Part shown: in pieces, positions 1-13,449 of the stretch
How the letters are laid out: each line of letters begins with the position of its first letter
Numbering within the stretch: position 1 is the stretch's first letter
From: Lama guanicoe
Taxonomy: Eukaryota
DNA: 64,000 nucleotides
Direction: 5' to 3'
Assembly (NCBI GenBank): GCA_013239625.1
Contig: MU053629.1
Span: 220,676-284,675 of the forward strand
Notes under the pieces: model-generated
Told to the model about the DNA's origin: nothing
The model's input: the letters and a program-made list of their open reading frames with translations, nothing else
Database searches by the model: none
Translations under genes and position numbers: made by a program

Positions 1-255
1 AAAGGGGAAAGAGTCAGGAGAGAGGGATAAGTGAGAAGTATGGAATTATCAGATACAAACTACTGTACATAAAACCAACAAATAATAAGGACTTACTACT
101 ATAGAGCACAGAGAACTATGTTCAATATCTTATAATAAACTATAATGGAAAATAATCTGAAAAAATATGTGTACCTATATATACATAATGGAATCACATC
201 TCTGTACACCTGAAACTAACACAATATTGCAAATCAACTGGACTTCAATTAAAAC
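1..255 (+). mobile_element. L1 3' UTR end (truncated by window edge)
   Basis: AGATACAAACTACTGTACATAAAA..AGCACAGAGAACTATGTTCAATATCTT..CTGAAACTAACACAATATTG; homologous to the L1 ends at 5.6-5.8 kb and 49.0-49.2 kb. Confidence 0.85.
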
Positions 256-1070
256 AAGAGAGAGAGTAAAGCTGGATGCTGGCTTGTGTAACCCAACCCT
301 AGGTTTTCACCTCAACCACCTGTTTCTCTAGAAATTGCCAACTCAGAGCAAAGTTCAAATAGGTTATAATTCCCACAAGCAGCTGCATTTCCAATAAATA
401 ATTAGTTATCAAATTAACTGTGATCCTGACACCTGCCAGGCCAAACCAATTCACAAGGCTTTTAGAGAGAGCATATTTCAAGATTTTGTTTTGTTACTCA
501 TGTTATTTTCAAAATTACATGATATTAAACACTCAGCTTTAGTTATCACAAAAGCTTTTGGTCTGGTGGAACTCCTACACAATGTGTGTACATGAGTGTT
601 GGGTTTAAGGTACCCTCAGTAATTGCATATTTAAACGTGGTGAATTCAGAGTTTGAACTCAGTCACTTTTCTCTACCTTTCACCCCTCTTCCCAACAGGG
701 AAGTAACTACACCCAGAGCTGTTGTCAGGCCTGGCTGGCTCTCTGAGCTGTGGCTTAGCGGTCCTCAGCTGGTCCTCAGGTTGATGAGCTGGCCTTTCCA
801 TAGATGGTCAGTCCTCACCATGGCCTCTGGTCACTGGGTCCAATCAGCCTGCTTCTTCTTGGTTCCAAAACAAGGCCTTTCTGGGTGGACCAGCTGGCCT
901 GCAGTCACTTCTGAGCTCCTGTTTGGGAGCCGTGGGGGATTCCATATGCCCTCTTGTGAGCTTTCCCCAAGTCCACCGGTGGGCACTCCTCCCTCAGCCA
1001 CTGCTGTCCTGCCACGCAGGCCCCAAGACCAGGCATGCATCTATTTACATATAAAGTGATTACCTTTAAA

Positions 1071-1212
1071 GGGGGGAGGACATAGCTCAGTGGTAGAGGG
1101 CACGCTTAGCATGCTCGAGGTCCTGGGTTCAATCTCCACTAAGTCCATTAAAAAAAGTAGTAATAAATAAATAAACCAAATTACCTCCCCTACAAGGAAG
1201 GAAAAAAAAAAA
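1071..1212 (+). mobile_element. tRNA-derived SINE, camelid Vic-1 type
   Basis: Box A TAGCTCAGTGGTAGAG, box B GGTTCAATCTCC, tail AATAAATAAACCAAATTACCTCCCC and A-rich end. Confidence 0.85.
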
Positions 1213-1744
1213 GAAAGAATGTTCTGCTTGCACACATGGCTTATCTATAAAAATCTTTCACTGAGTCATGTTTCAAAAAAATTGAAAAGTGCTTACCGGT
1301 GTAGGCAGAGATCCTAAAAGAAACGCTCTCCTGATACCTAGACATGCCTCCTTGCTTCCCTCAGCAGTTTCCCGGAAATAATCTGACATGCATTTATCAG
1401 GTCAGATTTACTGAGTGCCTACTCTGTGCCAAGTACTATTCTAGGTACTGGGGATACAGTAATAATCAAGACAAGACATAAATCCTGATCGCATGGAAGT
1501 GAGATTCTAACGTGTCAAGACAGACAACCCATAGGCTCTCATTTCACAATGAACACAGAGCTTATTTTAATTCTTACATCCAAACAAGCCATGAAACATT
1601 AAACTTACCCCCAAACAGGACGTGCCTAAAAGCTCTGTGAATTCTGAGCAATTCTCACAAGTTGCAAATCCCCAGGATCGTGCTGTGGCTCATTTGCCAA
1701 GGTATTAAAAAGTACAGAAGTGACCTCTTTTAAGACAACGCTGA

Positions 1745-1950
1745 TCGTTACCCATTACTGAGTGCTTGCTACGGGCCCGGCACTGCGCCCAGGTCTTGGC
1801 GTGTATTCTCTCTAATCCTTAGTGCAGTCTTAAATTAGGTGGGTATTGTTGTTACTAATGGCCCCACTTTGCAAATGAGAAAACTGAGGCTGATACAAGG
1901 AACTCAGGTATTAAGTGGACAGGACACAGACGGTCTGACATCACTCTGCC
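1745..1950 (-). mobile_element. MIR SINE
   Basis: CCCCACTTTGCAAATGAGAAAACTGAGGCT core and TTACTGAGTGCTTGCTAC tail, antisense MIR pattern. Confidence 0.7.
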
Positions 1951-3609
1951 TCCATACAAATAGTAGGGAAATGCATAAAAAGGAAAGCAAAATTATACAT
2001 AGGGATTCTTGGCAGTGTTCCTTTAAACAAAACCATGCCTTTACATTCAAGAGTGCATACATGTGAGCTGGAAGAATTGGGGAGAAGGGTGGCTTGAAGA
2101 GGATGAAACAGAAATGCTAAAACATCTTAGGAAGCATAAAACAGGAAGGCGTGAAAATAGAATCCATTTTACAAATAGTCAGTTCCCATGTAAGCTTCTG
2201 GGAACAGAGCTTGAGGAGGTGGGGGAGGAGAGAGGGAAGCCAGCCCAGTGCCTCCATTCTGTGGGCACAGGTCCCGCACCAGGCCTTACCCTCACTCCTC
2301 ATCCTCACCACGCTCTGCTCCCTCGTTCCACACACCCCGAAGCTGCCCCGCCCTCTCCAGCGCCCAGTGAGCCAGCCTTCCAACCAGATGGCAGCCGCTT
2401 TCCCTGCATCCTCTGTCTTGGTCCTGGACCCAGCCTCCCAGGCACATGCAGGTGACTCCAGGCCATTCCATTAGCCCAGGCCTCCCCAGCTCCTGGGTTA
2501 GCCTCTGTGAACATTGAATTCTCCACCTGTCCCCCTTTCCCCCATGGTGCCCTCAAGTATGTACAAGGAAAGCAGCTAGGAACGGTGTTAACCTCCCTCA
2601 GGGCCGGTCCTGGGGGCTGTGTTCCCACTCGGGAAGCCCCGGGGGAGAAAGCAGGAGGTAAGCACAGATAGCCCTGCCCTGGAAGGGGCCTTCGAGCCGA
2701 TCAGCCCTTCCGCATCGTGGCCTCTGCGCTGTTGGACTCTTCCACTTTGTCTTGCCTTGTAGAAGTGCCTCACTTGCACAAGACTGCAAGCTCCCTGAAG
2801 GCAGCCCAGAGGAAGTGCTCCGTACACCTTCTTTAAGGTTCCACAAACATTCTCCCCTCTCTAGAAAAGGAGGAACCCAACGATGGCCCGTTGTCAGAGG
2901 AAAATTCAGTCCAGACTAATGCATTTTGTGATAAGCTCAGGGCATCAGGGAACCTCCCCTCCTCTCCTCCCTCACCCTCTCCTCTTTCTCTCACTCAAAT
3001 CTCTCCCTTTCTGGATTTCTGTTCCTTGGAACAAAAATGACACTGTGACCATGACCACATTACAGTGAATGGAAACACAAAGAACAGACCTGATTAAACT
3101 GTTTGGAGTTTCCTGTCACCTGATCTACATGGAAACAAATCCATATCAGATGTTCCATTCACGCCTCTAAATTTTTTATTCTCTTCTTCTGCTCATTTTT
3201 TTACCAATTATTTTTATGTGTCCCCTTTCAAAGAATGTACCTGTTTTTCATTTCATTCTTTAAAAAGTGTCCTTAAGATATCCATCTTCAGAAAAAATTT
3301 CTGGATATATTTGAAATATAAAATTTCATTTATTTGCTATATATAAAATTTCATATATTTGATTCCTGGCATAGTTAATAGAACTAATATCTCAGGGTAA
3401 ACTGCATTAGGGAGTTCTCTCTAAGCCTTGATTTCAGCAGGATTTATTTTTCCAGGTTAGTGCCTGGAAAAAAGTTGTGAGATGGCTGAAGTTTGTTTGC
3501 AAGTGCTCTCTCATTTACCAACCCACTGTCCTCAACTCCCCAAACCACCTGTCCCTGCCTGCAGCAGGCACCCGAGCCCACACGTCTGGAGTCTTCCGTA
3601 GAGAGGAAC

Positions 3610-3820
3610 TAGGGGTAAAAGCTTGACCTCTGGTGCCAGCCTGCCTGTGCTCAGATGCAAGCTCTACCCCTTCCTAGGCATGTGGTTTTGGGCAAGTTAC
3701 CGGATTCCACTGCCGCTCAGTCTGTTCATCTGCAACGCAGGACCAATCCTAGGTTGCCATGAGGATGAAATAGCTTCCTAAATTTAAAGCACTTAGAACA
3801 ACACCTTGTACTCAGAATGA
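3610..3820 (+). mobile_element. MIR SINE
   Basis: TTGGGCAAGTTAC..CTCAGTCTGTTCATCTG..AAAGCACTTAGAACA. Confidence 0.7.
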
Positions 3821-4369
3821 GTTGATATATAATACTACTTAAAAAAATTGCAGTTCTCCACCCAAATAAAACCTCCAAAAGCAGTACCAGTGGTAATTGT
3901 CCATCTCAGCAGAGCCCTCATCTTTCCACCCCTGACCAACCTTTTTTCTCCTTCCTATTCTCTCCCTTCCTCCAATCACACTGTTTGGCAGTTGCACGGA
4001 GACAGAGACGCAGCTGGGGCTCCTGTACCCTGCCCGTCAGTCCTTGCCTTTACACTTCCCTGTGCACGCGCACCACCCGCTCCTTGGCTAATGCCCGAGG
4101 CGCCCTCGTTCCCTGTAGCTGAGGTTGGATCTGCTCCGGAAGTCTGAGAGGTTGCCCGGCACTGCCCTTCATCTCCTACGTGGAGAATCTCACTTCCAGA
4201 GGCAAAAGCTTTGGGCTTTGCCGCGTGAGACAGAGTCCAAGCCTTCCTTGCTGAGATGCTGAGGAGAAACTAGCTCATCCCAGCACACGAATTCCCTCAT
4301 CATCGGTTTTTCTCCCTTGGGTATGAGAAGGGGCACAGCCCAGGACACCCCCAAGGGGTAAATGTCCTC

Positions 4370-4456
4370 TTTTTTAGTGGAGGTACCAGGGATTGAACCT
4401 AGGACCTCATGCATATGCTAAACATGTGCTCTACCACTGAGCTATTAACCTTCCCT
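4370..4456 (-). mobile_element. tRNA-derived SINE, Vic-1 type (short form)
   Basis: Reverse complement TAGCTCAGTGGTAGAGCACATG..GAGGTCCTAGGTTCAATCCCTGGTACCTCC; clearly homologous to 1071-1212. Confidence 0.85.
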
Positions 4457-5221
4457 CTCATGTTATTTTTTCCCCCAAAGGGAAAATGTTCTCTTATCTC
4501 TTAATCACACCTCCCCATAGGTGAAAGTCGGCCCCTCATCCAGCTCGGGGGTTTTCTCCCCATCCCACCCAGTGCCTGAAGCACGCGGCTAGGGGAGCAA
4601 ACGGGGTTCTCTCCTCAAACTCGATTCTCCCAACAGCAGGAACACACGTCCACGTGATGGAGACCCACAGTCCCTGGTGATCTCTCCAGAGCCAGGCACT
4701 TGACAGGTTATGCAGAATCAGCTTCACTATCTGCACAGCGGGCTGGGGTCAGGCAGAGCAGGCCCAGAGGTCAGCAGAGTCAGAGGATGGGGACAACATC
4801 AGGAGAGGGCTAGGGGCCGAAACAGAAGCCCACCTTGGGCAGAGTCGGCCAGAGGAGCTGAGCATCAAGACTTCCAGCTGAGAAGGAGTTGTCGCTATGA
4901 TTTGTGATTTCAGCACTGGTGTAACGGGAACAACCTGGCCAGGTGCACCCTATCTGTATAAAGGCTCAGAATCGGCTAGTATTTTATACGATAATTGATT
5001 TAACCCTCACAAGAACTCTCCAAAGTAGATGATATTACATCCCTGTTTCAAAATGAGGAAACCAAGGCACAGGGAAAAAAATAAATCTCTGAAGGTCACA
5101 TGGCTCCTAAGTAGAAGAGAGACAGTTGAGTTCCAGAATCCATGCTATTAACGGCTACCTTGGACAACTGGGCTGGTAGGCCCAGCTCTGCAGTTGCCTT
5201 ACTTGAAAATCTAGGCTTTTA

Positions 5222-5868
5222 GAAACATGTATCCCAATGTTCACAGCAGCACTGTTTACGATATTGAAGACATGGAAGCAACCTAAATGTCCATCAACAG
5301 ATGACTGGATAAAGAAGCTGTGAGATATATATATATATATATGTATATATATACATACACACATATATACAATGGAATATTACTCGGCCATAAAAAAGAA
5401 TGAAATAATGCCATTTACAGCAACATGGATGCACCTAGAGATTATCGTACTAAGTGAAGTAAGTCAGAGAAAGACAAATATCATATGATATCACTTACAT
5501 GTGGAATCTAAAATACACAAATGAACTTATTTACAAAACAGAAATAGACTTACATAGAAAAATAAACTTAAGATTACTGAAGGGGAAGTGGGAGGACAGA
5601 TAAATTGGGAGTTTGGGATTAGCAGATACAAACTAGTATATACAGAATAGATAAGCCACAAAGTCCTACTGTACAGCACAGGGAACTACAATCAATAGCT
5701 TGTAATAACCTATATGAAAAAGAATATGGAAAAGGATATATATGTATAAATGAATCACTACGCTGTGCACCAGAAACTAGCACAACATTGTAAATCAACT
5801 ATAACTCAATAAAAGAAGAATCAAGTTATCAGAAAAATGAAAAAAAAGATACCTAGGTGAACTAAAAA
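5222..5868 (+). mobile_element. 5'-truncated L1 (ORF2 end plus 3' UTR) with 16-bp TSD
   Basis: CCCAATGTTCACAGCAGCAC..GCAACCTAAATGTCCATCAACAGATGACTGGATAAAGAAG; AATAAA 5808-5813; TSD AAAATCTAGGCTTTTA at 5206-5221 and 5869-5884. Confidence 0.92.
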
Positions 5869-6689
5869 AAAATCTAGGCTTTTATTTCTGAGCCTTAGTT
5901 TTCTCTTTATACCCACACTTCATAGTTTGATGTGAGAATGAAGTAAATCTATGCATGTGAAGCCCTCGGCATGGTGCCTTAATAGTAAACACAATCAATG
6001 TCAGTTATCAACAACATCATCATTATTACTATTATTAAGGGCCAAATGCCCACAAATCCATGTTGCCAGGTTGGCCTGTCTCTCCCGCTCTCCCTCGCCT
6101 GTTTCCCTAAACTAAAGTAGGTCTCTGACAGCTCACAGTTACTCCCAGGCTACCACCGCCTTGGTTTTCAGGCCATCATGCACAGATACTCATGTCCTCT
6201 GATCTTTAAAATAATACCAGAATGTAAGGAGAGCTGAGGCTTAGCAAGATTACTTTGCTCAAGGATCATTCTTTCAGGTTCTAAGATCCATCTCTATAAA
6301 GTTGGGTAGAGTGCTTCCATTTTTTTTTAATTCTAAACTCAATTTTGAAAAACTGTTACTCATAAAGAACAGCATGACCACAACCCCACTGTACTAACAG
6401 CAGTGATACATAATTCATGTAAGGTGTCATTCACCAAGTTTTGCCTGTCTCTGCAAAGACTGACTTTTCTCTGATTCACTGCCTCACGGAGCAGCTGATC
6501 GCGATGTCTACCCCAGTGTTGGGAAGACCCACAAATACTCACTGAGGGATTCTGGAGGGACTACGAAATAAATCCACAATGACTCCAACTTGACCCCAGG
6601 AAAATAAAAATATAATCAAACATGGATAGACAATTAAGTCAGGCAAGCATCCCTTAAGAGACAAATCAGTCTCTTTCAGCTACTAATTT

Positions 6690-6988
6690 TTAAAAATATT
6701 TTTATTAAGTTTTTACAAATAAAACTTGTATACATGTAAGGTGTACAATGTGATGTTTTGATATGTGTATGCGCAATGGATTGATCACCACAATCAAACT
6801 AATTAACATACCTATCACCTCCCAGAGTCAACTGTGTGTGTGTGGTGAGAACACTTGATATTTACTCTCTTAGAAAGTTTCTAGTGTGTAATATACTAAT
6901 ATTAATATAGTCACCATGCTGTACATTAGGATTCCAGAATGTATTCGCCTTATAACTGACAGTTTGTACCCTTTGATCAATACCTCTG
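6690..6988 (-). mobile_element. Old L1 3' end (L1MA-like)
   Basis: AAGGTGTACAATGTGATG..GTGGTGAGAACACTT..GTCACCATGCTGTACATTAG..TTTGTACCCTTTGA. Confidence 0.8.
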
Positions 6989-8220
6989 AGCCATTTTTTT
7001 TAGTCTAAACCACACTGTAGCCAAGGTCTCTATGGTGAACTGTTAAAATTATGTAGGCATATAATCCAGTGATATATTTATCCATGTACTCAGTAAACCA
7101 AAACCAAAGTTAAAATATGAACTTTAATTCTATTCCTTTTTCCCCCCAATATCATTAACCAACCACATCAACTCTGGGGTTTCGGTTTTTTGTTTTTGTA
7201 TTTTGGTTGCTATAGTTTGTTTGTTGTTTGTTTTTACTTTAACAGTTTTTTTAAGTTGAAAGTTTCAGAAACAAGGTTCTCCTATAATAAATTTTACACA
7301 GAGGGGTAGAAATTTGTGACTGGCACCCGGAACATCCTAGAATGTGGATTATAGAAAGTGAGAGGAAGACTAGGGGAGGGAAGTTAGTGATGCTAAAATT
7401 CTAGTTTGGTTTGAGCTGCCTCCTACTTCGCCCCAAATACCCGAAGCTCCGGGCGATCTTCCTCCACTCTGTCCTTTGATTTGATCACCAAACGGCCAGG
7501 ACTGAAATATTTCATCTGTTTTCGCTGCAGGTTTACCTCCTGCACAAACAGCTGGGTTGGGGGATACTGGTAGGAATATATAAAGATGTGTAAGAAATGG
7601 TCCCTGATTCAAGGAGCTTACAATTCCACTGGGACACAGTGGTAACAATCAGAAGATTCGGGACTGATTCCTGGCTCCCTCACTTCTGGGTTTGCGTGAG
7701 AAATTGATGACAATTCTTTGTCTGTCAAATAGCAGTAATAATCGTAGTACCTACACCTGACTTAAAGGGTTGCTGTTTGGATCAAAAGGAATAAATTCTG
7801 TGAAAGCACTTTACAGAGTAGGAAGTGACATTCAGGAAATTGTTATTTGTATTCTTGTAAAATGTTTCCACAACTCAAAACAGCACCTCTCAGATTTTTA
7901 TCACTTTGCAAGTTTGGATTTTCTAAGATTATCCTTTCAGAGACATGTTTCCTCCAAGATGTGATGCCTGCAATTCAGTCTCACCTGGAAAGCATTTGAC
8001 ATTGTGACACACCATCTTGATGTAGGCATGTTTTGACCTAGCCCACAAACAAATCTTTAAGCTTCCAGGTGTTTCTTTTAGTGACCAATCAACGCATGAA
8101 ATATACATACTTACCCCATTCTTGAGTCTCCATCCCTCACCTCACTCCACCGCTGACTTCCTGGGTCAGCAATCAAGGATATGAGTGGAGTCCACAGTGG
8201 GTTGGAGATGGGAACTAAGG

Positions 8221-8750
8221 TGTATCCAGTCAAGGCTCTTTTTGGATGCAGCGACACAAAGTACAATTCAAACCCAGCTTAAGTTAAAAGACACTAGCGG
8301 CAACACAGCCACAGTCGCAGCTAGCATCAGAAGGCAAGTGACGTCCCTGGGACACTGACTCTCCACTTACCACTCTGCTCAGATCCATGTTGCCTTTATC
8401 CTTGGGGTCCACGTACTGGCAAGATGCAAACAAGAGCTCCAGGCCTGTGCCCCGTCAGGTTCCAATTCGGCAGAAAATAGTTTCTTTCTCAACGCAACTC
8501 CTGGGTCTCAATCTCACTGGACCAAATGTGACTCCCACTGGATCACAGTTACATCCTCGAACCAACCACTGCGGCCAGCACTGTGGAATATGCTCATTGG
8601 CCAGGCCTGAGTCAGACCCACCCCTGAAATGAGAAGGAATCACTATCATCTGAAACACCTGGAGTGAGAGAGCTGGTGGAGTGATTCCACTTAAGAATAT
8701 CAAGGTACGACCTGGACTGCAACCACGAGGAATAATTACTTACCAGGTGA
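8221..8750 (-). mobile_element. Degraded MaLR LTR (old MLT1-like)
   Basis: Terminus TGTATCCAGTCAAGGCTCTTTTTGGATGCAGCGACACAAA..CAGCTTAAG; internal TCTCACTGG..GAACCAACCACTGCGGCCAG. Right boundary approximate. Confidence 0.55.
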
Positions 8751-9057
8751 TCAAAGCCAGTAAATATTCATTACTGATTCAAATAAGGGAGACAGTGCTC
8801 ATTGGAAGATGGTGGTGTTCAGGGACCACTTGTCAGACAAGTCAGAAGTATGAGGACTCATACATTTGCCATGTTTACGAGCCTCAAAAAGGGCCAACAA
8901 TTCCCCTAAGTATCTGCTCATTCTCTATAAATTCATCTGTTCATATCTGAATTCTTCAATTTCTCTATTAAGGATCAGATTAATTTTCTGTTAGGGAATA
9001 AACAGATTGATCTTTCTAATGAGGATACTGGTCTCTTTGACAATTGAAAATCTAGAG

Positions 9058-10100
9058 TATTGGTCTTCAAAATGGATGATATGCATCCTAGGGGCAAGAT
9101 AATCCATCAAAGGGAAGGAGATATCAATACATTTATTTAGTCTCATCTTAAAAGCAGGAAATTAAGTTTTACTGTTATTAACTATAAGCACTGTCCCTGG
9201 CAGGCATCGTTGGTCCAGCTGTCAGAGGTTCTCAGGAAAGAGCGGGGGTTCTGTACACAGAGGGGCTGGGTAGTCGAGGGGGCAGCCTCCTCAACACCTT
9301 GCTTTCAGCACATTTCACCCTGACAACAGCGGCTCGTGCTGGGCTTACCGGGCTCGCAGACTGTATTGTCACACTCCAAGACAGCCACCACAAAGGAGGC
9401 AGATGACTTTGAAAAAGATGTCAGATTGGAAAAATACTGACAAGGCAAACACAGCTGGAAATTAGAACCTGGTCCGAGTTCTTGCGGACCATCTTATAAG
9501 GTTAAAAACAGTAATGAATCTAATGGATCGATGAGAGGTTGGCCACTGGGTGAAAAAGTAACTGCTTTCAGAAGAAACTCTGGCTATAGAGAAAGCGTTT
9601 TGAAAATAAGGGTTTAAAAATACTGTTATCGCTAAGTGATTTTTGTTAGTGAAACTGCAAAGGTCACACCAAAAAACCTTAATAATTGAACATTTAAAAA
9701 AACATTTACTGATTTGTTCAAATATTGTCCAATAATGGGTTTTAATAGGCATCTAAGCCTGTTTGTGGAAATACAAGAACACAGAGTTTATGAGAACAAC
9801 TGATAAATGTCAGGCACACACAAGACAAGGCAAAGCCAAGACCAAGGCCTGACCAGTTTGACCAGTAAGGACACAATGAACCCCTTTTAGATTCAGACAG
9901 TTTATGATTTACATACAGAGCAAAAGGAAAGAGAGCAAAGGTGTTCACTTCCTATGCTTCTTGCTCGACACACTGAAAGGTGACATCAAAACAAAGGGCG
10001 CCAGGTGACAGCAGTGTGAACTGCGGGACGCCCCACACCTGAGGAGCCAGCTCTGGACTGCCACTAACAGTGCATCTTAAATTTGAAGGCTAATAATTCT
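9058..10100 (+). mobile_element. Degraded hAT/Charlie-like DNA transposon
   Basis: Terminus-like TATTGGTCTTCAAA..; broken reading EKVTAF/QKKLWL*RKRFENKGLKILLSLSDF at 9552-9643 resembles Charlie/Buster transposase. Boundaries uncertain. Confidence 0.45.
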
Positions 10101-10184
10101 GGGTGATGTGCAGACATGAAAGCATTTTATTTATGATGAAAGCAGACTGCTAGGAAATTAAACTGATGATGATAGTTCAGTTTA

Positions 10185-11797
10185 AGCTCATTTTTTAAAA
10201 AGATTGATAGGCACGTAAATACAGATGTATTTGTAAGAGTGTGTGTGTCCGTGTTCTACCTCTGTCTGCTGAGAGAGCTTAGCACTCAGATCTTGGTTGC
10301 TAAATACTATATCCATCCGTGTAAGAAACCAGGATGCCTTGAAAAATGATTGATTTCAGGGCTGGAGTATCAGAAGGGCAACATGAGCCTGGAACAGATT
10401 TTAGATCCAGAAAGTTAGTTAATGCCCAATGAAGATCTCAGAAGAACACAAGAGCCAGCTTAAAGGAGCGCTCACTGGTCAAACCTGGTGCTTATTTTTT
10501 AAAACCTGGGGAATTTTTGAGAATCAAAAGAAATAATAACTGCAATGAGTTATAACCCATAGAATAAAATAAAACCCACATGGATATAAATAAACAATTG
10601 AATACACAAACAGATGGGGTAGAAAGGGAAGTTCTTCCTTACAGCAGAATATCAACTAAAAAATATCCAAAAAAGGATGAAATTCTAAAATTACCATTTG
10701 AGTTGGGAAGGGATAGACGGGATTTCAAAATTGTAGAATAGATAAACAAGATTATACTGTATAGCACAGGGAAATATACACAAGATCTTATGGTAGCTCA
10801 CAGAGAAAGGAATGTGACAATGAATATATATATGTTCATGTATAACTGAAAAATTGTGCTCTACACTGGAATTTGACACAACATTGTAAAATGATTATGA
10901 ATCAATAAAAATATGTTAAAAAAAAATAAAACTACCATTTGGCAATCTCTGCAGTGATAAACGTTTCAGGCAAGAATCATCAAAGGATGCTAAAATCTAG
11001 TGAGTACAAAGATCATGAAAAACACAATATTAACATAGTTTTAAAGTACGTCTTACAAGAGATTTATTAATTCCAAAGGGGAAAAGAGTAACTTTCACAG
11101 TGGAGAAACCTGGTAAACACCATCACTTTAACCAAGTAATCAAAGTTAACATCTCTAGTAATGAGACAAATTGATATTGTGTGCCTCTGATATGATACCT
11201 TAAAAGACACATTTCTTCTACAGTGTTTATAGCAGAAATGTGTAACCTAAATCTAACCACAAAGGAGTGTCAGACAAACCTAAACTGTGGGAAATGCTAT
11301 CAAAAAAAAAAAAACTTACCTAAACTTATAAAAGATGTCAATATCATGGAAGCCTGACATTAAATAAGATTAATGAGATATGACAACATTTAATACAACT
11401 TGTGACTTTAGGATTTTCTTCTAAAAAAACCCCCAAAACATTATTAGATAATTAGCAAAATTTGAATAGAGTCTATAGATTGTCTAATAGTATTGAGTCA
11501 GTATTAATTACCCAATTTTTATAAGGGAATTATGAAAGAGAATATCTTTATTTTTAGGAATATATAGTAAAGTATTTAAGGATAAAAGGGTACATATCTG
11601 CAACTTATACCCCAATCTTTCAGGGGAAAAAAGGATAGATAGATGGATACATAGATACATAAATATATAGATATAGATAGATAATGATAATGATAAAAAA
11701 TGGGAAATGTTAACACTAGGAGAACCTGGGTGAAGGGTATATGGGAACTCAGTAGTATTCTGCAAACCTGAAATGATTTCAAAATAAAAATTAAGAA
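10185..11797 (+). mobile_element. Old L1 3' region (L1MC/MD-like), interrupted by a young L1
   Basis: ACTTTCACAGTGGAGAAACCTGG..CAAGTAATCAAAGTTAACATC..GGGTGAAGGGTATATGGGAACTC..TTTCAAAATAAAAA. Confidence 0.8.
10701..10927 (+). mobile_element. Young camelid-type L1 3' fragment with TSD
   Basis: Near-identical to 60499-60649 and 63106-63420; TSD AAAA(T/C)TACCATTTG at 10687-10700 and 10928-10941. Confidence 0.9.
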
Positions 11798-12419
11798 TTT
11801 GATGATGGTGAAGAGCATCCCAAGGAAAGAAGGAAGACATGGTTACTCCAGCCCTGGTGACCAGCAGGAGGACAGGACAAGGATCCTGCGCACTGTGAGG
11901 ACTGTTCTAACAAACAAGCCACCATCTCCTGACAGACAAGATTTGAAGCTGAGTCTTTCTGACCTCAGACTTTCTGCTCTTTCTAACACTGCACCTCATT
12001 TCCTCTGTCTTACTTCCTAACAGGAAGAAGCAGTCACCTCAGCAGACGCTGACTTCACACTCAGCTACAGATCCAATTTGGCTCAGTAAAATACATGGAG
12101 AAGTTTGCTGGGGCTTTCCAGGGAAGTTCTCTCTCAGTCTTACGGGAATGCCTGAGAAGCAAGTCCTTCTTTCGAGCCTGGTCGCTGACGAGAAATCATG
12201 GGGTAGTCCCAGCTATCGCTGGCTGACATCCTAGGACCACAAGTGTGACCTGCCTCTGGATGGAATGATGCTCGGATGGCAGCATGGAGACAGGGAACCA
12301 GACATGGCTCAAGAACACGGTTCTTTATCCTGCTTCTACCCACATGTGTTCTGGATCCTCTCTTGCTTTTCCAAAGACTGTGCTCCTAGTTATTACTGGC
12401 TTTCTTTCTCGTCATTGTG

Positions 12420-12929
12420 AACATCTCCCTCTATTCTGGATATTCCAAACATGTGTTGGAGTCTTCCACATTAAAACAAAATGAGTATCTTTTGAATCTG
12501 TAGTCTCTTTCAGCTAAAACCCTTTTATTTTTCTCCTTCCCTTTTCCAAAACTTTGTCCTTTCTTACCTTACACTTACATTTTAACCCATTCTAGTCCGG
12601 CTCCTGTCATCACTACTCTCCTAGAACTACGCCTGCCAAGTTCACCACTGACCTTCATCTTGCTGATGCCAATGGGCATTTCTCTGTTCTCATTTCCCTT
12701 GACTTCTCTGCAAAATTTAAATGGGTTGAAGATCCCCTACTTCTTGGAATACTTTCCTATCTTGGCTTCCATGACTCCAAACTATCCTGACCTCTCTTCT
12801 ACCTCATTGACCGCTGCTCCTCTGTCCCCTACACCGACTTCTTTCCTCTATTAAACTTCTAAATGTTGGACTGTCTCGAGGCTTGGTCCTAGGTCCTCTA
12901 ATTTCTTCTAATTATTCCATCTCTTCCTA
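12420..12929 (+). mobile_element. L2 LINE RT-region remnant
   Basis: CCAAGTTCACCACTGACCTTCATCTTGCTGATGCCAATGG..CTTGGCTTCCATGAC..CTAAATGTTGGA..GGTCCTAGGTCCTCT. Confidence 0.75.
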
Positions 12930-13400
12930 TATTCATTCAGCACTCAATATTTCTTGAGTGTCTACTATATGCCAGACTCTGTTATAGTCACTGGAAGTGA
13001 CTTGGAAGCAGAGCAGTGAATAACAAATTGCTGCCTTTATAAAGCACACACTCTAGTGGAGAAAACAAATAAACAAACAAACAAACCAATAAAATAAGTG
13101 TATAATGCAATGTCAGGTAGTGATAAGTGCTATGGAGAAGAACAAAGCAGTGACAGTGACAACGATGCTTTTTAAAAATAGGAGGCCAGGGGAGGATGCT
13201 CTAAGGAGGTAATATTTACATCTGGGAGAAGTGAGTGTGGGAGAGAGAAGTTTAGGATGATTCCAGTTTCTTGGTTTGAGTGAAAAAAAGAATGATGTTG
13301 TCAGTTATTGAAATAAGAAAGACTCGGTGGGGGGGAGATTTGGGGGGATAATCAAGAGTTGTGGTTTGGACGTATTGATGGGTCATGTGGATACATCAAG
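12930..13400 (-). mobile_element. L2 3' fragments
   Basis: ATTCATTCAGCACTCAATATTTCTTGAGTGTCTACTATATGCCAG..GTGATAAGTGCTATGGAGAAGAACAAAGCAG. Confidence 0.7.
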
Positions 13401-13449
13401 TGAATATTGGACAGATTAAGTTCCTCTTGTGGATGATTCCCTCCTCAAA

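Noticed and set aside
1071..1140. tRNA gene
   Set aside because: A/B boxes are present, but it has a SINE tail, a diverged second copy at 4370-4456 and no clean acceptor stem.
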